64,000 nucleotides of DNA from an uncultured Chromatiales bacterium (GCA_937128475.1 CAKZML010000081.1:409-64408), one strand, 5' to 3'; shown: positions 47,393-58,451, counted from the stretch's first letter. Made by a program: numbers and translations. The notes: generated from the letters alone by a model not told the origin.

Positions 47393-48856
47393 TTACGCGT
47401 CGACCGATGCCGGGTTGAACACCAGGTCCAGTTGACGGGCAGCCTTCACATCGTCAAGCCTGCGCACCGGCGTGGTGTAGGGAGCACCCTTCACCTTCTC
47501 CGGATCACGGGCCGACTCGTCAAGAATCGCAATCATGGCCTCGACAAAACCATCCAGGTCTTCCTTCGCCTCGGTCTCGGTCGGCTCGATCAACAAGCAC
47601 TCCGGAACCAGCAACGGGAAGTAGGTGGTCGGCGCATGGAAACCATAGTCCAGCAAGGACTTGGCAAAATCCATGGCGCTCACCCCAAGATCCCTGGACT
47701 GACGCTTGAGACTCACAATGAATTCGTGGCTGGCGCGACGACGTGGGAACGCCAGGTCGAAACCGGCATCACGCAGACGAACCATCACGTAGTTGGCATT
47801 CAAGGTGGCGTACTCGGAAACCCGGGACATGCCGTCACGGCCAAGCATACGCATGTAGATATATGCACGCAGCAACACACCTGCATTACCCATGAACGCT
47901 GACAGGCGACCGATGGTGCCGGGGATGTCTTTCTCATCCAGCCAGCGATAGGTATCACCGTCTTTGCCAACTACCGGAATAGGCATATAGGGAAGCAGTC
48001 GCTCGCCTACACCCACCGCACCGGAACCGGGGCCACCGCCACCGTGAGGTGTCGAGAAGGTCTTGTGCAGATTCATGTGAATCACGTCGAAGCCCATATC
48101 GCCAGGGCGGACCTTGCCAAGAATCGCATTCAGGTTGGCGCCATCGTAGTAGAGCAACCCACCAGCGTCGTGAACGATGCCACGAACTTCTTCAATGTGA
48201 CGCTCAAAGACACCAAGGGTAGAAGGATTGGTCAGCATGATGCCCGCTGTATTGGGACCCACGGCCTTGCGAAGCTCATCAAGGTCCACGTCACCCTGGT
48301 CATCAGTGGGAATCTCAACAACCTTGCAACCACACATCACGGCGGTTGCAGGATTGGTGCCATGGGCTGCATCCGGAACCAGGATCTCGTTCCTGTGGGA
48401 ATCACCGCGAGCATCGTGGTAAGCCTTGATCATGGCTACACCGGCAAACTCACCCTGGGCACCGGCCATCGGCGTCAGGGAAACGCCCTTCATACCTGTG
48501 ACTTCCTTAAGCATGTCCTGCAACTCATGCATGGTCTGCAGGAAACCCTGGCCCATGGATACGTGAGACAGGGGATGCCGTGCCAGGAAACCGGGCAGCA
48601 TGGCCAGCGTATTACAGGCACGCGGGTTGTACTTCATGGTGCAGGAACCCAGCGGATACACCTGGGTATCAATCGAGAAGTTCATCTGGGACAGGCGAGT
48701 GAAATGCCTGACAGTCTGCAACTCCGAGACCTGGGGCAACAACGGCGGCGTGTTACGACGCAGGTGATCAGGCAGGTCTACTGTCTGGCGCAGCGGAGCC
48801 TGGGCGGTAGCACGACGACCTTCGCGTGAGCTTTCAAATATCAGTTTCTCAGTCAT
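47393..48856 (-). CDS. gcvPB: Glycine dehydrogenase (decarboxylating) subunit 2
   Basis: 487 aa with the PLP-lysine region [16 protein letters not shown]. This is the two-subunit P-protein arrangement. Confidence 0.93.
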   Translation of the reverse strand: MTEKLIFESSREGRRATAQAPLRQTVDLPDHLRRNTPPLLPQVSELQTVRHFTRLSQMNFSIDTQVYPLGSCTMKYNPRACNTLAMLPGFLARHPLSHVSMGQGFLQTMHELQDMLKEVTGMKGVSLTPMAGAQGEFAGVAMIKAYHDARGDSHRNEILVPDAAHGTNPATAVMCGCKVVEIPTDDQGDVDLDELRKAVGPNTAGIMLTNPSTLGVFERHIEEVRGIVHDAGGLLYYDGANLNAILGKVRPGDMGFDVIHMNLHKTFSTPHGGGGPGSGAVGVGERLLPYMPIPVVGKDGDTYRWLDEKDIPGTIGRLSAFMGNAGVLLRAYIYMRMLGRDGMSRVSEYATLNANYVMVRLRDAGFDLAFPRRRASHEFIVSLKRQSRDLGVSAMDFAKSLLDYGFHAPTTYFPLLVPECLLIEPTETEAKEDLDGFVEAMIAILDESARDPEKVKGAPYTTPVRRLDDVKAARQLDLVFNPASVDA

Positions 48857-50235
48857 TACCGCTTCTCCCCGGCCACTGCTGCCACAGCATCTGCCATGGC
48901 CTTGCCGAACCGGACAATATCGTCTTCGGACTTGGTTTCCGTGGCACAGACCAACAGGGCGTTACCCAATTCCGGGTACTCCGCAGACAGGTCAAGACCA
49001 CCAGCGATATCCTCTGCGGCAAGTCGTTCAAGCACTGGCGCAACCGGGCAATCCAGTTTCAACACCGCTTCGTGGAACTGGCCACCGGCAAAGGCGACTT
49101 CCACACCGTCCACCGAACTCATCACCTCAACCACGCGAGCAGTGTTGTTCATGCAGGCGGTTGCCACACCGGCCAGTCCCTCGGCACCCAGCAATGACAT
49201 GTAAATCGTCGCGCCGGTAACCATCAGTCCCTGGTTGGTGCAGATATTCGAGGTCGCCTTGGAGCGACGGATATGTTGCTCACGAGCCTGCAGGGTCAAG
49301 GTATAACCTGTGCGCCCGTCCAGGTCGGTAGTACGCCCGACAATCCGTCCCGGCATCTGCCTGACCCAGCTTTGACGGCAGGTCATGAAGCCGAAGAATG
49401 GACCACCCGATGACATGGGCACGCCCAGGGGCTGTCCCTCGCCACAGGCGATATCAGCGCCCTTTTCGCCCCATTCACCCGGGGGCTTGATCAGCGCCAG
49501 GGAGGTGGGATTAACCACTGCGATCACCTGGGCATCCCGGGCATGGGCCCAGTCTGTCAGGGCGTCCACATCCTCGAATCGACCCAGGAAATTGGGCTGG
49601 GGAATAACCAGCGCGGTCAGGTCCTCGTCTGCATAGGCTTCAAGCGCCTTCAGATCCAGGGTGCCGTTGGCATGATCGTAATCCACCTCGATGAACTCAA
49701 GACCCTGGTTACCGGCAACCGCCTTGGCAACCTTGCGGTACAGCGGATGCAGGGTGCGAGGCATGAGAATCTTGCCGCTGCGTGACTTGCGGTTAGCCCG
49801 CACAGCCATCAGCGCAGCCTCACCCAGGGCAGATGCACCGTCATACATGGACGCATTGGAGACATCCAGGCCGGTCAGGCTGGCCATCATGGTCTGGAAC
49901 TCGTAGATCAGCTGCAAGGTTCCCTGGCTAGCTTCAGCCTGGTAGGGGGTATACGCGCTGTAGAACTCTCCACGCGTTGCAATCTCCCATACTGCTGCCG
50001 GGATGTGATGCTCATAGGCGCCCGCACCGATAAAGGTAAGGGGCTCACCATCACGGGCAGCACGCTTGTGCATGATCCGTGTGATTTCCATCTCACCGAC
50101 TGCTTCGGGTACGCCCTTGAGACCATCGACCCTCAGGGCCTGGGGAATTTCATCGAACAACTGGTCGATGCTATCGACACCAATGGCCTGCAACATGTCG
50201 CGGACATCAGCGTCGGTATGGGGGATAAATGCCAT
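48856..50235 (-). CDS. gcvPA: Glycine dehydrogenase (decarboxylating) subunit 1
   Basis: 459 aa, with [19 protein letters not shown]... It is directly coupled to gcvPB. Confidence 0.93.
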   Translation of the reverse strand: MAFIPHTDADVRDMLQAIGVDSIDQLFDEIPQALRVDGLKGVPEAVGEMEITRIMHKRAARDGEPLTFIGAGAYEHHIPAAVWEIATRGEFYSAYTPYQAEASQGTLQLIYEFQTMMASLTGLDVSNASMYDGASALGEAALMAVRANRKSRSGKILMPRTLHPLYRKVAKAVAGNQGLEFIEVDYDHANGTLDLKALEAYADEDLTALVIPQPNFLGRFEDVDALTDWAHARDAQVIAVVNPTSLALIKPPGEWGEKGADIACGEGQPLGVPMSSGGPFFGFMTCRQSWVRQMPGRIVGRTTDLDGRTGYTLTLQAREQHIRRSKATSNICTNQGLMVTGATIYMSLLGAEGLAGVATACMNNTARVVEVMSSVDGVEVAFAGGQFHEAVLKLDCPVAPVLERLAAEDIAGGLDLSAEYPELGNALLVCATETKSEDDIVRFGKAMADAVAAVAGEKR

Positions 50236-50267
50236 GCTTGGTTTCCTCTAACTTTCCCTTGACCCGA

Positions 50268-50660
50268 TCAGGCTTCGTCTTCCAATAAGGCCAGGTACTC
50301 TTCGGCGCTCATCAGCTCTTCCAGCTCACCGTCGCTATCCAGGCTCATGCGGTAAATCCAGCCTTCACCATAGGCATCGGTATTCACCAGCTCGGGTGCA
50401 TCAGTCAGGCCGTCATTTACGGCGGTAACTTCACCGGTCAGCGGGCTATAGACATCGGATGCGGCCTTGACGGATTCAACCACGGCACAGGCATCGCCCT
50501 CGGCCAGGGTTGAGCCCACTTCGGGCAGCTCTACAAAGACCAGGTCACCCAGGGCAGCCTGGGCGTGATCGGTCACACCAATTGTGCAAGTGCCGTCTTC
50601 TTCTACACGAATCCACTCATGATCTTTGCTGTATTTCAGATCGCCAGGAACGTTTGACAT
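50268..50660 (-). CDS. gcvH: Glycine cleavage system H protein
   Basis: 130 aa with the lipoyl-lysine motif VESVKAASD. Confidence 0.95.
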   Translation of the reverse strand: MSNVPGDLKYSKDHEWIRVEEDGTCTIGVTDHAQAALGDLVFVELPEVGSTLAEGDACAVVESVKAASDVYSPLTGEVTAVNDGLTDAPELVNTDAYGEGWIYRMSLDSDGELEELMSAEEYLALLEDEA

Positions 50661-50704
50661 GTTTATTACTCCCCTCAGTGTTCACAGAATTTTTAAATAG
50701 AAGA

Positions 50705-51796
50705 TTAAATTTCGATACAGGCTTTGCCGTTGCGAGCGAAAGGCGGCTGCACCACTTTTGCGTTTAACAAGCGGCCACGAATATCCACCTGACAGGTATC
50801 TCCCGTCCCAGCGGGAACCCGCGCAAATGCAATGGATCCGCTCAGTGTGGGCGAGAAGGTACCACTGGTCACCTCGCCTTCTCCCACACCGTCAACCACG
50901 ATTCTTTGGTGGCCGCGGAGCACACCGCGATCCACCAGCACCAGGCCGACCAGCTTGCGCGGCACCCCGGCGTCCAACTGGGCCTGCAGTGCGGCACGAC
51001 CAATAAAATCACGTCCGTCGTCTTTCATGACAACCGTCCAGGCCAGGCCGGATTCCAGCGGCGTGGTGGTTTCATCCATGTCGGTGCCGTACAGGTTCAT
51101 CCCTGCTTCAAGACGCAGGGTATCCCTGGCGCCCAGGCCACAGGGACGGATACCGGCTTCTACAAAGCGATCCCAGACGGATACTGCGCCATCCAGCGGC
51201 ATCACGATTTCGAAACCATCTTCGCCTGTGTACCCGGTGCGGGCAACAAACCAGTTGTCGATCATTGCGGCAGAAAATGGCTTCAGCCCCATGGCAGTCT
51301 CGCGCCCTTCACGGCTGAGAAGACTGGCGGCTTTTTCCCGGGCATTAGGTCCCTGGACTGCCAGCATGGCGGTCTCGGATTGCTCGGTAACGGTAACCTC
51401 GAAGGCTTTTGCCTGGGAACGAATCCATGCCAGGTCTTTCTCCCGGGTGGAGGCGTTCACCACCATGCGGAAGAATGTTTCGCTCATGTAATAGGTGATG
51501 AGGTCATCGATCACACCGCCGCGCTCGTTGAGCATGCAGCTGTAAAGCGCCTTGCCCGGCACCTTTAACTTGGCGACATCATTAGCCAGCAGGTGAGACA
51601 GGAACTCCCGAACCCGATCTCCTTCCAGGTCCACCACGGTCATGTGAGAGACATCGAACATGCCTGCATCACCGCGAACCGCATGGTGCTCTTCCATCTG
51701 GGAGCCATAGTGAACGGGCATATCCCAGCCGCCGAAATCTACAATCCGGGCACCGGCTTCAACATGCGTGTCGTAATAGGGGGTACGTTGTCCCAT
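50705..51796 (-). CDS. gcvT: Glycine cleavage system aminomethyltransferase T
   Basis: 363 aa, with [26 protein letters not shown]. Confidence 0.95.
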   Translation of the reverse strand: MGQRTPYYDTHVEAGARIVDFGGWDMPVHYGSQMEEHHAVRGDAGMFDVSHMTVVDLEGDRVREFLSHLLANDVAKLKVPGKALYSCMLNERGGVIDDLITYYMSETFFRMVVNASTREKDLAWIRSQAKAFEVTVTEQSETAMLAVQGPNAREKAASLLSREGRETAMGLKPFSAAMIDNWFVARTGYTGEDGFEIVMPLDGAVSVWDRFVEAGIRPCGLGARDTLRLEAGMNLYGTDMDETTTPLESGLAWTVVMKDDGRDFIGRAALQAQLDAGVPRKLVGLVLVDRGVLRGHQRIVVDGVGEGEVTSGTFSPTLSGSIAFARVPAGTGDTCQVDIRGRLLNAKVVQPPFARNGKACIEI

Positions 51797-51850
51797 TCAA
51801 AGTCTCCAAAACAGAATACACGGCAAATTCGAGACCTCTTTAGTCTCACC

Positions 51851-52046
51851 GCCCCTCTGTCCTGAAACCTGAGAGATCGGGCGTCCTGATCAGGACACCG
51901 AGCCCCTTCGGTGGGCAGCTTGTGCCGCCACTCTCCAGAGCCAATCCGTCTTCCCTGTCCGTTTGCCTGAGCGTTTCCGGGCTGGTTGCGCCTTCGGCGT
52001 CCCATCTCACACGCTAATGGTGCAAATGGGATCTCTCCAGGGGAGC
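51851..52046 (-). promoter_or_regulatory. Tandem glycine riboswitch (two aptamers) in the gcvT leader
   Basis: The minus strand reads CUGGAGAG...GGGACGCCGAAGGCGCAA...CUCAGGCAAACGGACAG (aptamer 1), then CUCUGGAGAGUGGCGGCACAAGCUGCCCACCGAAGGGGC...CUCUCAGGUUUCAGGACAGAG (aptamer 2). These match the conserved GGAGAG / CCGAAGG / CUCAGG...GGAC cores. It is located 55-250 nt upstream of the gcvT ATG. Confidence 0.85.
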
Positions 52047-52175
52047 CGTATGATTGGAACGAGTAATAATAGCCCATCCGGCCGATGTCCTCTACTGTTG
52101 CCCAAACCCTCGCCGTTGCTCACAATGGGCAGCTTCAGAAACGTTGGAAATATTACGATTTCGGTGATGTTCACT

Positions 52176-53963
52176 ATGAAAAGACTGCTGTTTACCGCCC
52201 TGCTTTGCGTGGCCAGCCCGCTTTTTGCGCAATCTCCCGCGGAGATTGAAGCTGAAACTGCCCAACTGCACCGCTTGTTTCAGCAAGCCTGGGAATACGA
52301 TTTAAAACAAAATCCGGAGATGGCCACCCAGCTGGGCGACCCCCGCTACAACCACCGCTGGACGGACTATTCCGTCAAGGCCCTGAGCGAAACCCACCTG
52401 GCCGAGGGGCAGTTCCTGGTCCAGCTTTCCAAGGTGAACAGAGACCTGCTCCCGGACGAGGAGCAACTGAATTTCGACCTCTTCGAACAGGCGTATCAGA
52501 AACGCATGGAGGCATGGCAGTACCGCACCTGGCTAATGCCCGTGAATCAGCGCGGGGGCGTACAAAGCGCCGACCAGTTGGCAGCCGCCACGCCTTTTAC
52601 GTCAATCAAGGACTATGCGAACTGGATAGCCCGACTGAGAAGTATTGGCATACTGGTGCAACAGAATATCGCCCTGATGCGACAGGGAATGACCGAGGGC
52701 TGGGTGCAGCCACGGATCATCATGGAAAGAATCCCTGCCCAGATAGAACAGCAACTGGTCAACGACCCGACCAGCAGTCCATTCTACAAACCCTTCCTGG
52801 ACTTTCCCGACACGGTCAGCCCCGACGACCAGGACAGGCTGCAGCAGATTGCACGCAAGACCATCGTGGAAGTCGTGGTGCCCGCCTACCGGGAATTTCA
52901 CAGTTTCTTTGTCAACGAGTACCTGCCGGCTTGTCGTAATACTGTCGGCGCATGGGACTTGCCTGACGGACGAAGTTTTTACGAATTCAGGACCCGCAAT
53001 TACACCAGTACAGACCTGACGCCGGACCAGATACACCAACTGGGTCTGGACGAGGTAAAGCGCATCCGTGGCCAGATGCAGGCGATTATCGAGGAACTCC
53101 AGTTCAAGGGAAGTTTCAGCGATTTTCTGCACTTCCTGCGCACCGACCCCCAGTTCTATTACGACGATCCCCAGGACCTGTACCAGGCCTACCTGGCCAC
53201 CAGCAAGCGGATAGACCCGGAACTGGTAAAACTGTTTGGCAAGTTACCCAGGACGCCTTACGGGGTGCGCCCGATACCCGAGGCCAGCGCGCCGGACACC
53301 ACCACTGCCTATTACATGCGCCCGGCTGCAGACGGCAGTCGCGCAGGCTACTACTACGTGAACCTGTACCGACCGGAAACCCGGCCCAAGTACGAAATTG
53401 AAGTGCTCACCGTACACGAGGCCATGCCGGGCCATCACCTGCAAATCGCCCTGGCCCAGGAACTGGGTGACATTCCGAAATTCCGTCGCTACCAGGGCGC
53501 CACTGCGTTTGTTGAGGGCTGGGGGCTGTACAGCGAGAGTCTCGGTTCTGAACTGGGCCTTTACAAAGATCCCTACTCACGCTTCGGTCAGCTGACCTAT
53601 GAAATGTGGCGAGCAGTGCGGCTGGTCGTGGATACCGGCATTCATTACCGCGGTTGGTCTCGCGAACAGGCCATCGACTTCTTCAAGGAAAATGCTGCCA
53701 AGAGCGAACTGGATATCGTCAACGAAATCGACCGCTACATTGCATGGCCCGGGCAAGCGCTGGCCTACAAGATCGGAGAAATTCGCATCAAGCAATTACG
53801 CGAAACTGCCAGCGCCCGGCTGGGCGCAGCATTTAATATCAAAGAGTTTCATGACGTACTGCTTAGCGCCGGCGCCCTGCCGCTGGATATGCTGGAAAGA
53901 CGTATGCAGCGATGGATGACAGACAAGATGCTGGAAATTCAGATAGAAGAAAACAGCCAATGA
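52176..53963 (+). CDS. DUF885-family protein (secreted, HExxPGHH putative metallopeptidase-like)
   Basis: Trimmed to MKRLLFTALLCVASPLFAQ (signal peptide). The motif VHEAMPGHHLQ is characteristic of DUF885. The track ORF start at 51963 overlaps the riboswitch and was rejected. Confidence 0.8.
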   Translation: MKRLLFTALLCVASPLFAQSPAEIEAETAQLHRLFQQAWEYDLKQNPEMATQLGDPRYNHRWTDYSVKALSETHLAEGQFLVQLSKVNRDLLPDEEQLNFDLFEQAYQKRMEAWQYRTWLMPVNQRGGVQSADQLAAATPFTSIKDYANWIARLRSIGILVQQNIALMRQGMTEGWVQPRIIMERIPAQIEQQLVNDPTSSPFYKPFLDFPDTVSPDDQDRLQQIARKTIVEVVVPAYREFHSFFVNEYLPACRNTVGAWDLPDGRSFYEFRTRNYTSTDLTPDQIHQLGLDEVKRIRGQMQAIIEELQFKGSFSDFLHFLRTDPQFYYDDPQDLYQAYLATSKRIDPELVKLFGKLPRTPYGVRPIPEASAPDTTTAYYMRPAADGSRAGYYYVNLYRPETRPKYEIEVLTVHEAMPGHHLQIALAQELGDIPKFRRYQGATAFVEGWGLYSESLGSELGLYKDPYSRFGQLTYEMWRAVRLVVDTGIHYRGWSREQAIDFFKENAAKSELDIVNEIDRYIAWPGQALAYKIGEIRIKQLRETASARLGAAFNIKEFHDVLLSAGALPLDMLERRMQRWMTDKMLEIQIEENSQ

Positions 53964-54295
53964 GCGACCTGCAACACAAACACTGCGTACCCTGTGAGGG
54001 CGGCATACCCCCACTGGACAAAGACCAGGCAGAAGCCTTGCTCAGGCAAATCGATTCCGGCTGGGCATTAAGCGAGGACGGCCTGCAGATTGAACGGACA
54101 TTCCGATTCAAGAGTTATTACAAGACCATCAGTTTTGTGAACGCCGTGGCGTGGATCGCCAACAGCGAAGATCACCATCCGGATATGGACGTGGGATACA
54201 GCCGTTGCGTGGTGCGTTATACCACCCACGCAATCAAGGGATTGTCGGATAACGACTTTATCTGCGCGGCGAAAATAGACGCCCTGGGCAGTTAG
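53960..54295 (+). CDS. phhB: Pterin-4-alpha-carbinolamine dehydratase family protein (COG2154)
   Basis: Trimmed to MSDLQHKHCVPCEGGIPPL... (111 aa), with SEDHHPDM and GLSDNDFICAAKID. ATGA overlap with the DUF885 stop. No phhA is nearby. Confidence 0.82.
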   Translation: MSDLQHKHCVPCEGGIPPLDKDQAEALLRQIDSGWALSEDGLQIERTFRFKSYYKTISFVNAVAWIANSEDHHPDMDVGYSRCVVRYTTHAIKGLSDNDFICAAKIDALGS

Positions 54296-54336
54296 TGCGA
54301 TCAACAGGCCGCCCGGTAAGCTCCGGGCCCGGCCAA

Positions 54337-54600
54337 TCAGATTCCCAGTTTGCTCAACTGGTCCATGATGCGCCCCAGGGTCATGGTCAGCGTGGGGTGA
54401 GAATCCTCGAATTCCCTTAAGGCGTCCATGGCGCTCTCTACCAGGGTCTCCGGCTTATCTTCCTTCTGACCAGCCATGCTGCGTTCGATAGAGCCTCTAA
54501 GATCTTTCAACTGAGCCTTGAGCTCATCGCTCTCCAGAGCCTCGTTCTCGATCTGCTCTTCCAGTTCCTGCAGCAATTTTTCCAGTTTCTGGGTGGGCAT
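54337..54600 (-). CDS. DUF4404-like small coiled-coil protein
   Basis: 87 aa and acidic. The C-terminus HPTLTMTLGRIMDQLSKLGI resembles the DUF4404 terminal motif. The family call is from memory. Confidence 0.55.
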   Translation of the reverse strand: MPTQKLEKLLQELEEQIENEALESDELKAQLKDLRGSIERSMAGQKEDKPETLVESAMDALREFEDSHPTLTMTLGRIMDQLSKLGI

Positions 54601-54637
54601 GATGTATCTACTCCTTCAGGTACTCTGTCCCGGTCGG

Positions 54638-55864
54638 CTATGCCACAGCCCAGCGAGGAAGATCCCCGGCCAGTCCCATAGCCCTGCGAACAAACAATTC
54701 TCTTGCCATCGGTGTGCGGCCCAACAGGTCCACACCGATCTTGCGAAGATAGGGTAGCGGACCACTGCCAACCTTGTAGGCACGTCCCAACCCATCTATA
54801 GCAGCCAGCATGGCAAGGTTCTCACCCTTTCGCCAGCGTTCATATTTCCGCAGGCAGCGAAGATCACCGGGATCCCGGCCCTGGGCAAGGGATTCCAGGA
54901 ACACTTCCGCCATGACCGCCACATCCAGGTAGCCAAGATTCACGCCCTGTCCGGCCAGGGGGTGCACCGCGTGGGCCGCGTCTCCAATCAGCGCAAAACG
55001 TTTATCCGTGTAGCGGGTCGCATACTGGGCCCGCAACGGAAATGCCGCTCTGTTGCCAATAGTGATGACCTTGCCCAACACCTGGCCACTGGCTTCACTC
55101 ACCGCCTCCATGAAGGCATCGTCATCCAGCGCCAACAGGGCATCCGTGTCTTGCTCTGGGGTAGACCAGACAATTGAAATACTGCCATCACACAAGGGCA
55201 GAAATGCGATCGGGCCACCGGGCAAAAAGCGCTGAAAAGCCGTGTCCCTGTGAGCCCGCTCGGTACGTATCGTGGTCACGATTGCACGCTGATGATAACT
55301 CCATCCCCGGGTGGAGATATCCATCATGGAACGGGTCGGAGACCCGGCCCCATCAGCCCCCACCAATAGCCGTCCGGCAATCGTTCCGTGGCTACCTGCA
55401 ATCACGGTAACTTGCCCAGGCTCAACGCCCACCGCCTCCACCGCAGCCGGGATAACCAGGACATTGGGAAGTTGTTCCAGGCGCCGGGCAAGAGCCCACT
55501 GCACCAGGGAATTTTCAATAATGTGGCCCAACTCGGCTTCGCCCACATCCTCGGCACCGAAACTCAGCCCGCGGCCGGGATCATCTCCCTCCCAGACCAT
55601 CATTCGACGGTAAGGAGAAATTCGCCCTGCTGCGATTCCCGACCATGCGCCGGCGTGCTCAAGCACCGCCTGTGACGCACGGGATATCGCCGACACTCGC
55701 AGGGCCCATCCTTTGTCATCCCCGGGGTTTTCCGGTGGCCGGGGTTCCAGCACGCACACACGGGTGTCCGGAGATTGTGCGGCCACCAGGCAACCCAGCG
55801 CAGAACCAACCATTCCGCCACCGGCAATAATCAGGTCAAAATCTTTCTTGCTCCCGGCCTTCAT
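54638..55864 (-). CDS. ubiI: FAD-dependent ubiquinone-biosynthesis hydroxylase (UbiI/VisC-like)
   Basis: 408 aa, with DLIIAGGGMVGSALG and the GDAAH motif (LIGDAAHAVHPLAGQG). It occupies the E. coli visC position downstream of ubiH. Confidence 0.78.
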   Translation of the reverse strand: MKAGSKKDFDLIIAGGGMVGSALGCLVAAQSPDTRVCVLEPRPPENPGDDKGWALRVSAISRASQAVLEHAGAWSGIAAGRISPYRRMMVWEGDDPGRGLSFGAEDVGEAELGHIIENSLVQWALARRLEQLPNVLVIPAAVEAVGVEPGQVTVIAGSHGTIAGRLLVGADGAGSPTRSMMDISTRGWSYHQRAIVTTIRTERAHRDTAFQRFLPGGPIAFLPLCDGSISIVWSTPEQDTDALLALDDDAFMEAVSEASGQVLGKVITIGNRAAFPLRAQYATRYTDKRFALIGDAAHAVHPLAGQGVNLGYLDVAVMAEVFLESLAQGRDPGDLRCLRKYERWRKGENLAMLAAIDGLGRAYKVGSGPLPYLRKIGVDLLGRTPMARELFVRRAMGLAGDLPRWAVA

Positions 55865-57081
55865 ACCAGGGGGACTCCCCTGGCAAGACGAGGCAGCCGT
55901 CCTGCCCGACCCATGGTATGGCGAGCAAACAATTTCTTGGCGCCGGGCACCAGGTCGAAAGATAACAAGCCGGCACTGCGAGCCAATTTCACGGGGCCAA
56001 AGGGACTGGTGAACAATCGCACCAGGCCGTGGGTGAATCCCAACACCTTGTCCTGGTCCTCACGCCGCCATTGCATGTACTGCTCCAGCATCGCCGGCGT
56101 GCCAGGGTCCACGCCTTCCAGCGAGGCCATCACCTCGGCAAGAGCGGCCACATCCCGAAGACTGAGGTTAAAGCCCTGGCCGGCCACCGGATGCAGGTTA
56201 TGGGCGGCATTACCCAGGACCACCAGGCGCTGGGCAAGTTGTTGCCGGGCCTTGACCCGATACAAGGGATAGCTTGATCGCTGCCCCACCGTCAGCAAGC
56301 GACCCAGGCGGTAGCCAAATTGCTCCTGAAGACGTAACAGAAAATTCTCGTCATCAAGAGCCATAATAGACTCAGCAAGTTCGCGCTTGACGGTCCAGAC
56401 AACGCTGCAGCGTTTTTCTCCCAGGGGAAGCACCGCCAGCGGGCCACTAGTGGTGAAGCGCTCAAACGCCTGGCCCTGGTGATCCTGCTCCGGTGTCACA
56501 TTACAAATGATCGCGGTTTGCTGATAATCCAGGACATCCGAATCGATGCCTGCCATTTCCCGGGTTACCGAGCGCGCACCATCTACCGCCACCACCAATC
56601 GGGCATTGACCGACAGCACCTGGCCATCGGCCTGCTCCAGGTCCAGTTCCATGGCGTCTTTACCCGGGCGCATGGAAACCAGCTTGGCGGGCATGAAACA
56701 TTGCAGGTTGGATTGAGCCGACAACCGCTTCCACAATGCCTTGCCGACACTGCGGTTGGGCACCACATAACCCAGGGCCGGCACACCCTGCTCCCGGGCC
56801 TCGAGTCGGGCGATGCCCGGGCGACCCTGCTCAGAGACATGAATTCGTGCAATAGGCGATGCATCAGCTTGCATGTCCTGCCAGACACCCATGGTGTTGA
56901 GAATCACCTGGCTGCCATGGGAAATCGCCGTGCAACGATCATCGTAACTGGGCTGCGCATCGCTGTCGGGAGCGAACGGTTCTACCAGGGCCACCCGCAG
57001 GGGCAATGGAGACAGGGCAACAGCCAGGCTGGCCCCCACCATACCGCCACCCACAATGACGAGATCAAAGTCCCTGTCCAC
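55861..57081 (-). CDS. ubiH: 2-octaprenyl-6-methoxyphenol hydroxylase
   Basis: 406 aa, with DLVIVGGGMVGASLA and LGNAAHNLHPVAGQG. pepP-ubiH-ubiI order. Confidence 0.82.
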   Translation of the reverse strand: MDRDFDLVIVGGGMVGASLAVALSPLPLRVALVEPFAPDSDAQPSYDDRCTAISHGSQVILNTMGVWQDMQADASPIARIHVSEQGRPGIARLEAREQGVPALGYVVPNRSVGKALWKRLSAQSNLQCFMPAKLVSMRPGKDAMELDLEQADGQVLSVNARLVVAVDGARSVTREMAGIDSDVLDYQQTAIICNVTPEQDHQGQAFERFTTSGPLAVLPLGEKRCSVVWTVKRELAESIMALDDENFLLRLQEQFGYRLGRLLTVGQRSSYPLYRVKARQQLAQRLVVLGNAAHNLHPVAGQGFNLSLRDVAALAEVMASLEGVDPGTPAMLEQYMQWRREDQDKVLGFTHGLVRLFTSPFGPVKLARSAGLLSFDLVPGAKKLFARHTMGRAGRLPRLARGVPLV

Positions 57082-57106
57082 GTTTCAGGCTACTCCCGGA
57101 CGGGCC

Positions 57107-58435
57107 TCAGGCAACCTTGCCTGCCCTGGCCATGAGTTTTTCAATTACGGCGACTTCCTTGGGTGCGCCGTCGCTCAGTACATCGTATCCATCTTTGGTG
57201 ACCAGTACGTCATCCTCGATACGCACACCGATGTTCCACCATTTCTTGGCAACACCCTTGGTGCCGGCGGGAATGTAAATGCCCGGCTCAATGGTCAGGA
57301 CCATCCCCGGCTCCAGGACGCGCCACTCGTCACCGACCTTGTAATCACCCACGTCATGGACATCCAACCCGATCCAGTGACCGGTGCGATGCATGAAGAA
57401 CTTGCTATAGGCACCGTCCTTTATCAACTTGGACAGCGGACCCTTGAGCAAACCCAGGTCCTTGAGACCGGCAGTAATCAGTTTTACTGCCGCATCGTGG
57501 GGATCATTCCAGTGGTTGCCCGGACGCACCTTGTCGATGGCCGAATACTGGGCCTTCAGGACGACTTCATAAATCGCTTTTTGCTCGGGACTGAAGCGTC
57601 CGTTCACCGGATAGGTACGGGTAATATCCGAAGCGTAGTAGTCAAACTCGCAGCCCGCATCAACCAAAAGCAGCTCGCCGTCTTCCATCAAGCGATCATT
57701 CTGGTTGTAATGCAGCACGCAACTATTGGGACCCGAGCCGACGATGGGCGAGTACGAAGGCGCACAACCATGGCGACGGAATTCATGGATCAAGTCAGCG
57801 TGAATTTCATACTCACGCATACCGGGCTGGCAGGACTTAATGGCCCTCACATGGGCTTGCGCCGCGATCTTGGCCGACTTTTTCATCGCGGAAATTTCCG
57901 CGCGACTCTTGTACAGGCGCATGTCATGGAGCAGGTGATCCAGGGCAATGAATTCCTGGGGCGTGTGTGTGCCACGGTTAGCCTGTGACCTCAGCTGCTG
58001 CACCCAGCTCACCACCTGCTGGTCAAACTCGGGGCTGACACCCAGGGTGTAATACACCCGTTCACATTGCTCGATCAGGCCGGGAAGAATGTCATCCACG
58101 TCGCCTATAGGGAACGAATCGTCCGCGCCATAATCCGCTACCGCGCCGTCCTGGCCAGCTCTTGCACCGTCCCAGGTCTCGCGCAGGGGGTCCCGTTCCC
58201 GGCAGAACAAGATGTATTCGGCTTGCTTGCGACCGGGGATCAGCACCAACACTGCCTCGGGTTCGGCAAAGCCGGTCAGGTAGTGGAAGTCACTTTCCTG
58301 GCGGTAGTCATGTTCGACGTCCCGGTTCCTGAGCTTTACCGGTGCCGCTGGCAAAATCGCAATTCCGCCCGGGCCCATCATGCGCATCAACTGCTTGCGA
58401 CGTCTTGCAAATTCCTTCTGATTCAACGCGGTCAT
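57107..58435 (-). CDS. pepP: Xaa-Pro aminopeptidase
   Basis: 442 aa, with an M24B metal-ligand context (DAGCEFDYYASDITRT, HRTGHWIGLDVHD, TIEPGIY). Confidence 0.92.
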   Translation of the reverse strand: MTALNQKEFARRRKQLMRMMGPGGIAILPAAPVKLRNRDVEHDYRQESDFHYLTGFAEPEAVLVLIPGRKQAEYILFCRERDPLRETWDGARAGQDGAVADYGADDSFPIGDVDDILPGLIEQCERVYYTLGVSPEFDQQVVSWVQQLRSQANRGTHTPQEFIALDHLLHDMRLYKSRAEISAMKKSAKIAAQAHVRAIKSCQPGMREYEIHADLIHEFRRHGCAPSYSPIVGSGPNSCVLHYNQNDRLMEDGELLLVDAGCEFDYYASDITRTYPVNGRFSPEQKAIYEVVLKAQYSAIDKVRPGNHWNDPHDAAVKLITAGLKDLGLLKGPLSKLIKDGAYSKFFMHRTGHWIGLDVHDVGDYKVGDEWRVLEPGMVLTIEPGIYIPAGTKGVAKKWWNIGVRIEDDVLVTKDGYDVLSDGAPKEVAVIEKLMARAGKVA

Positions 58436-58451
58436 CCCATGGCTGTCAGTT

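Noticed and set aside
51963-52175. Upstream 71 codons of the 666-aa DUF885 track ORF
   Set aside because: It overlaps the glycine riboswitch on the opposite strand and precedes a clear signal peptide that starts at the internal Met (52176). It was treated as a spurious extension.
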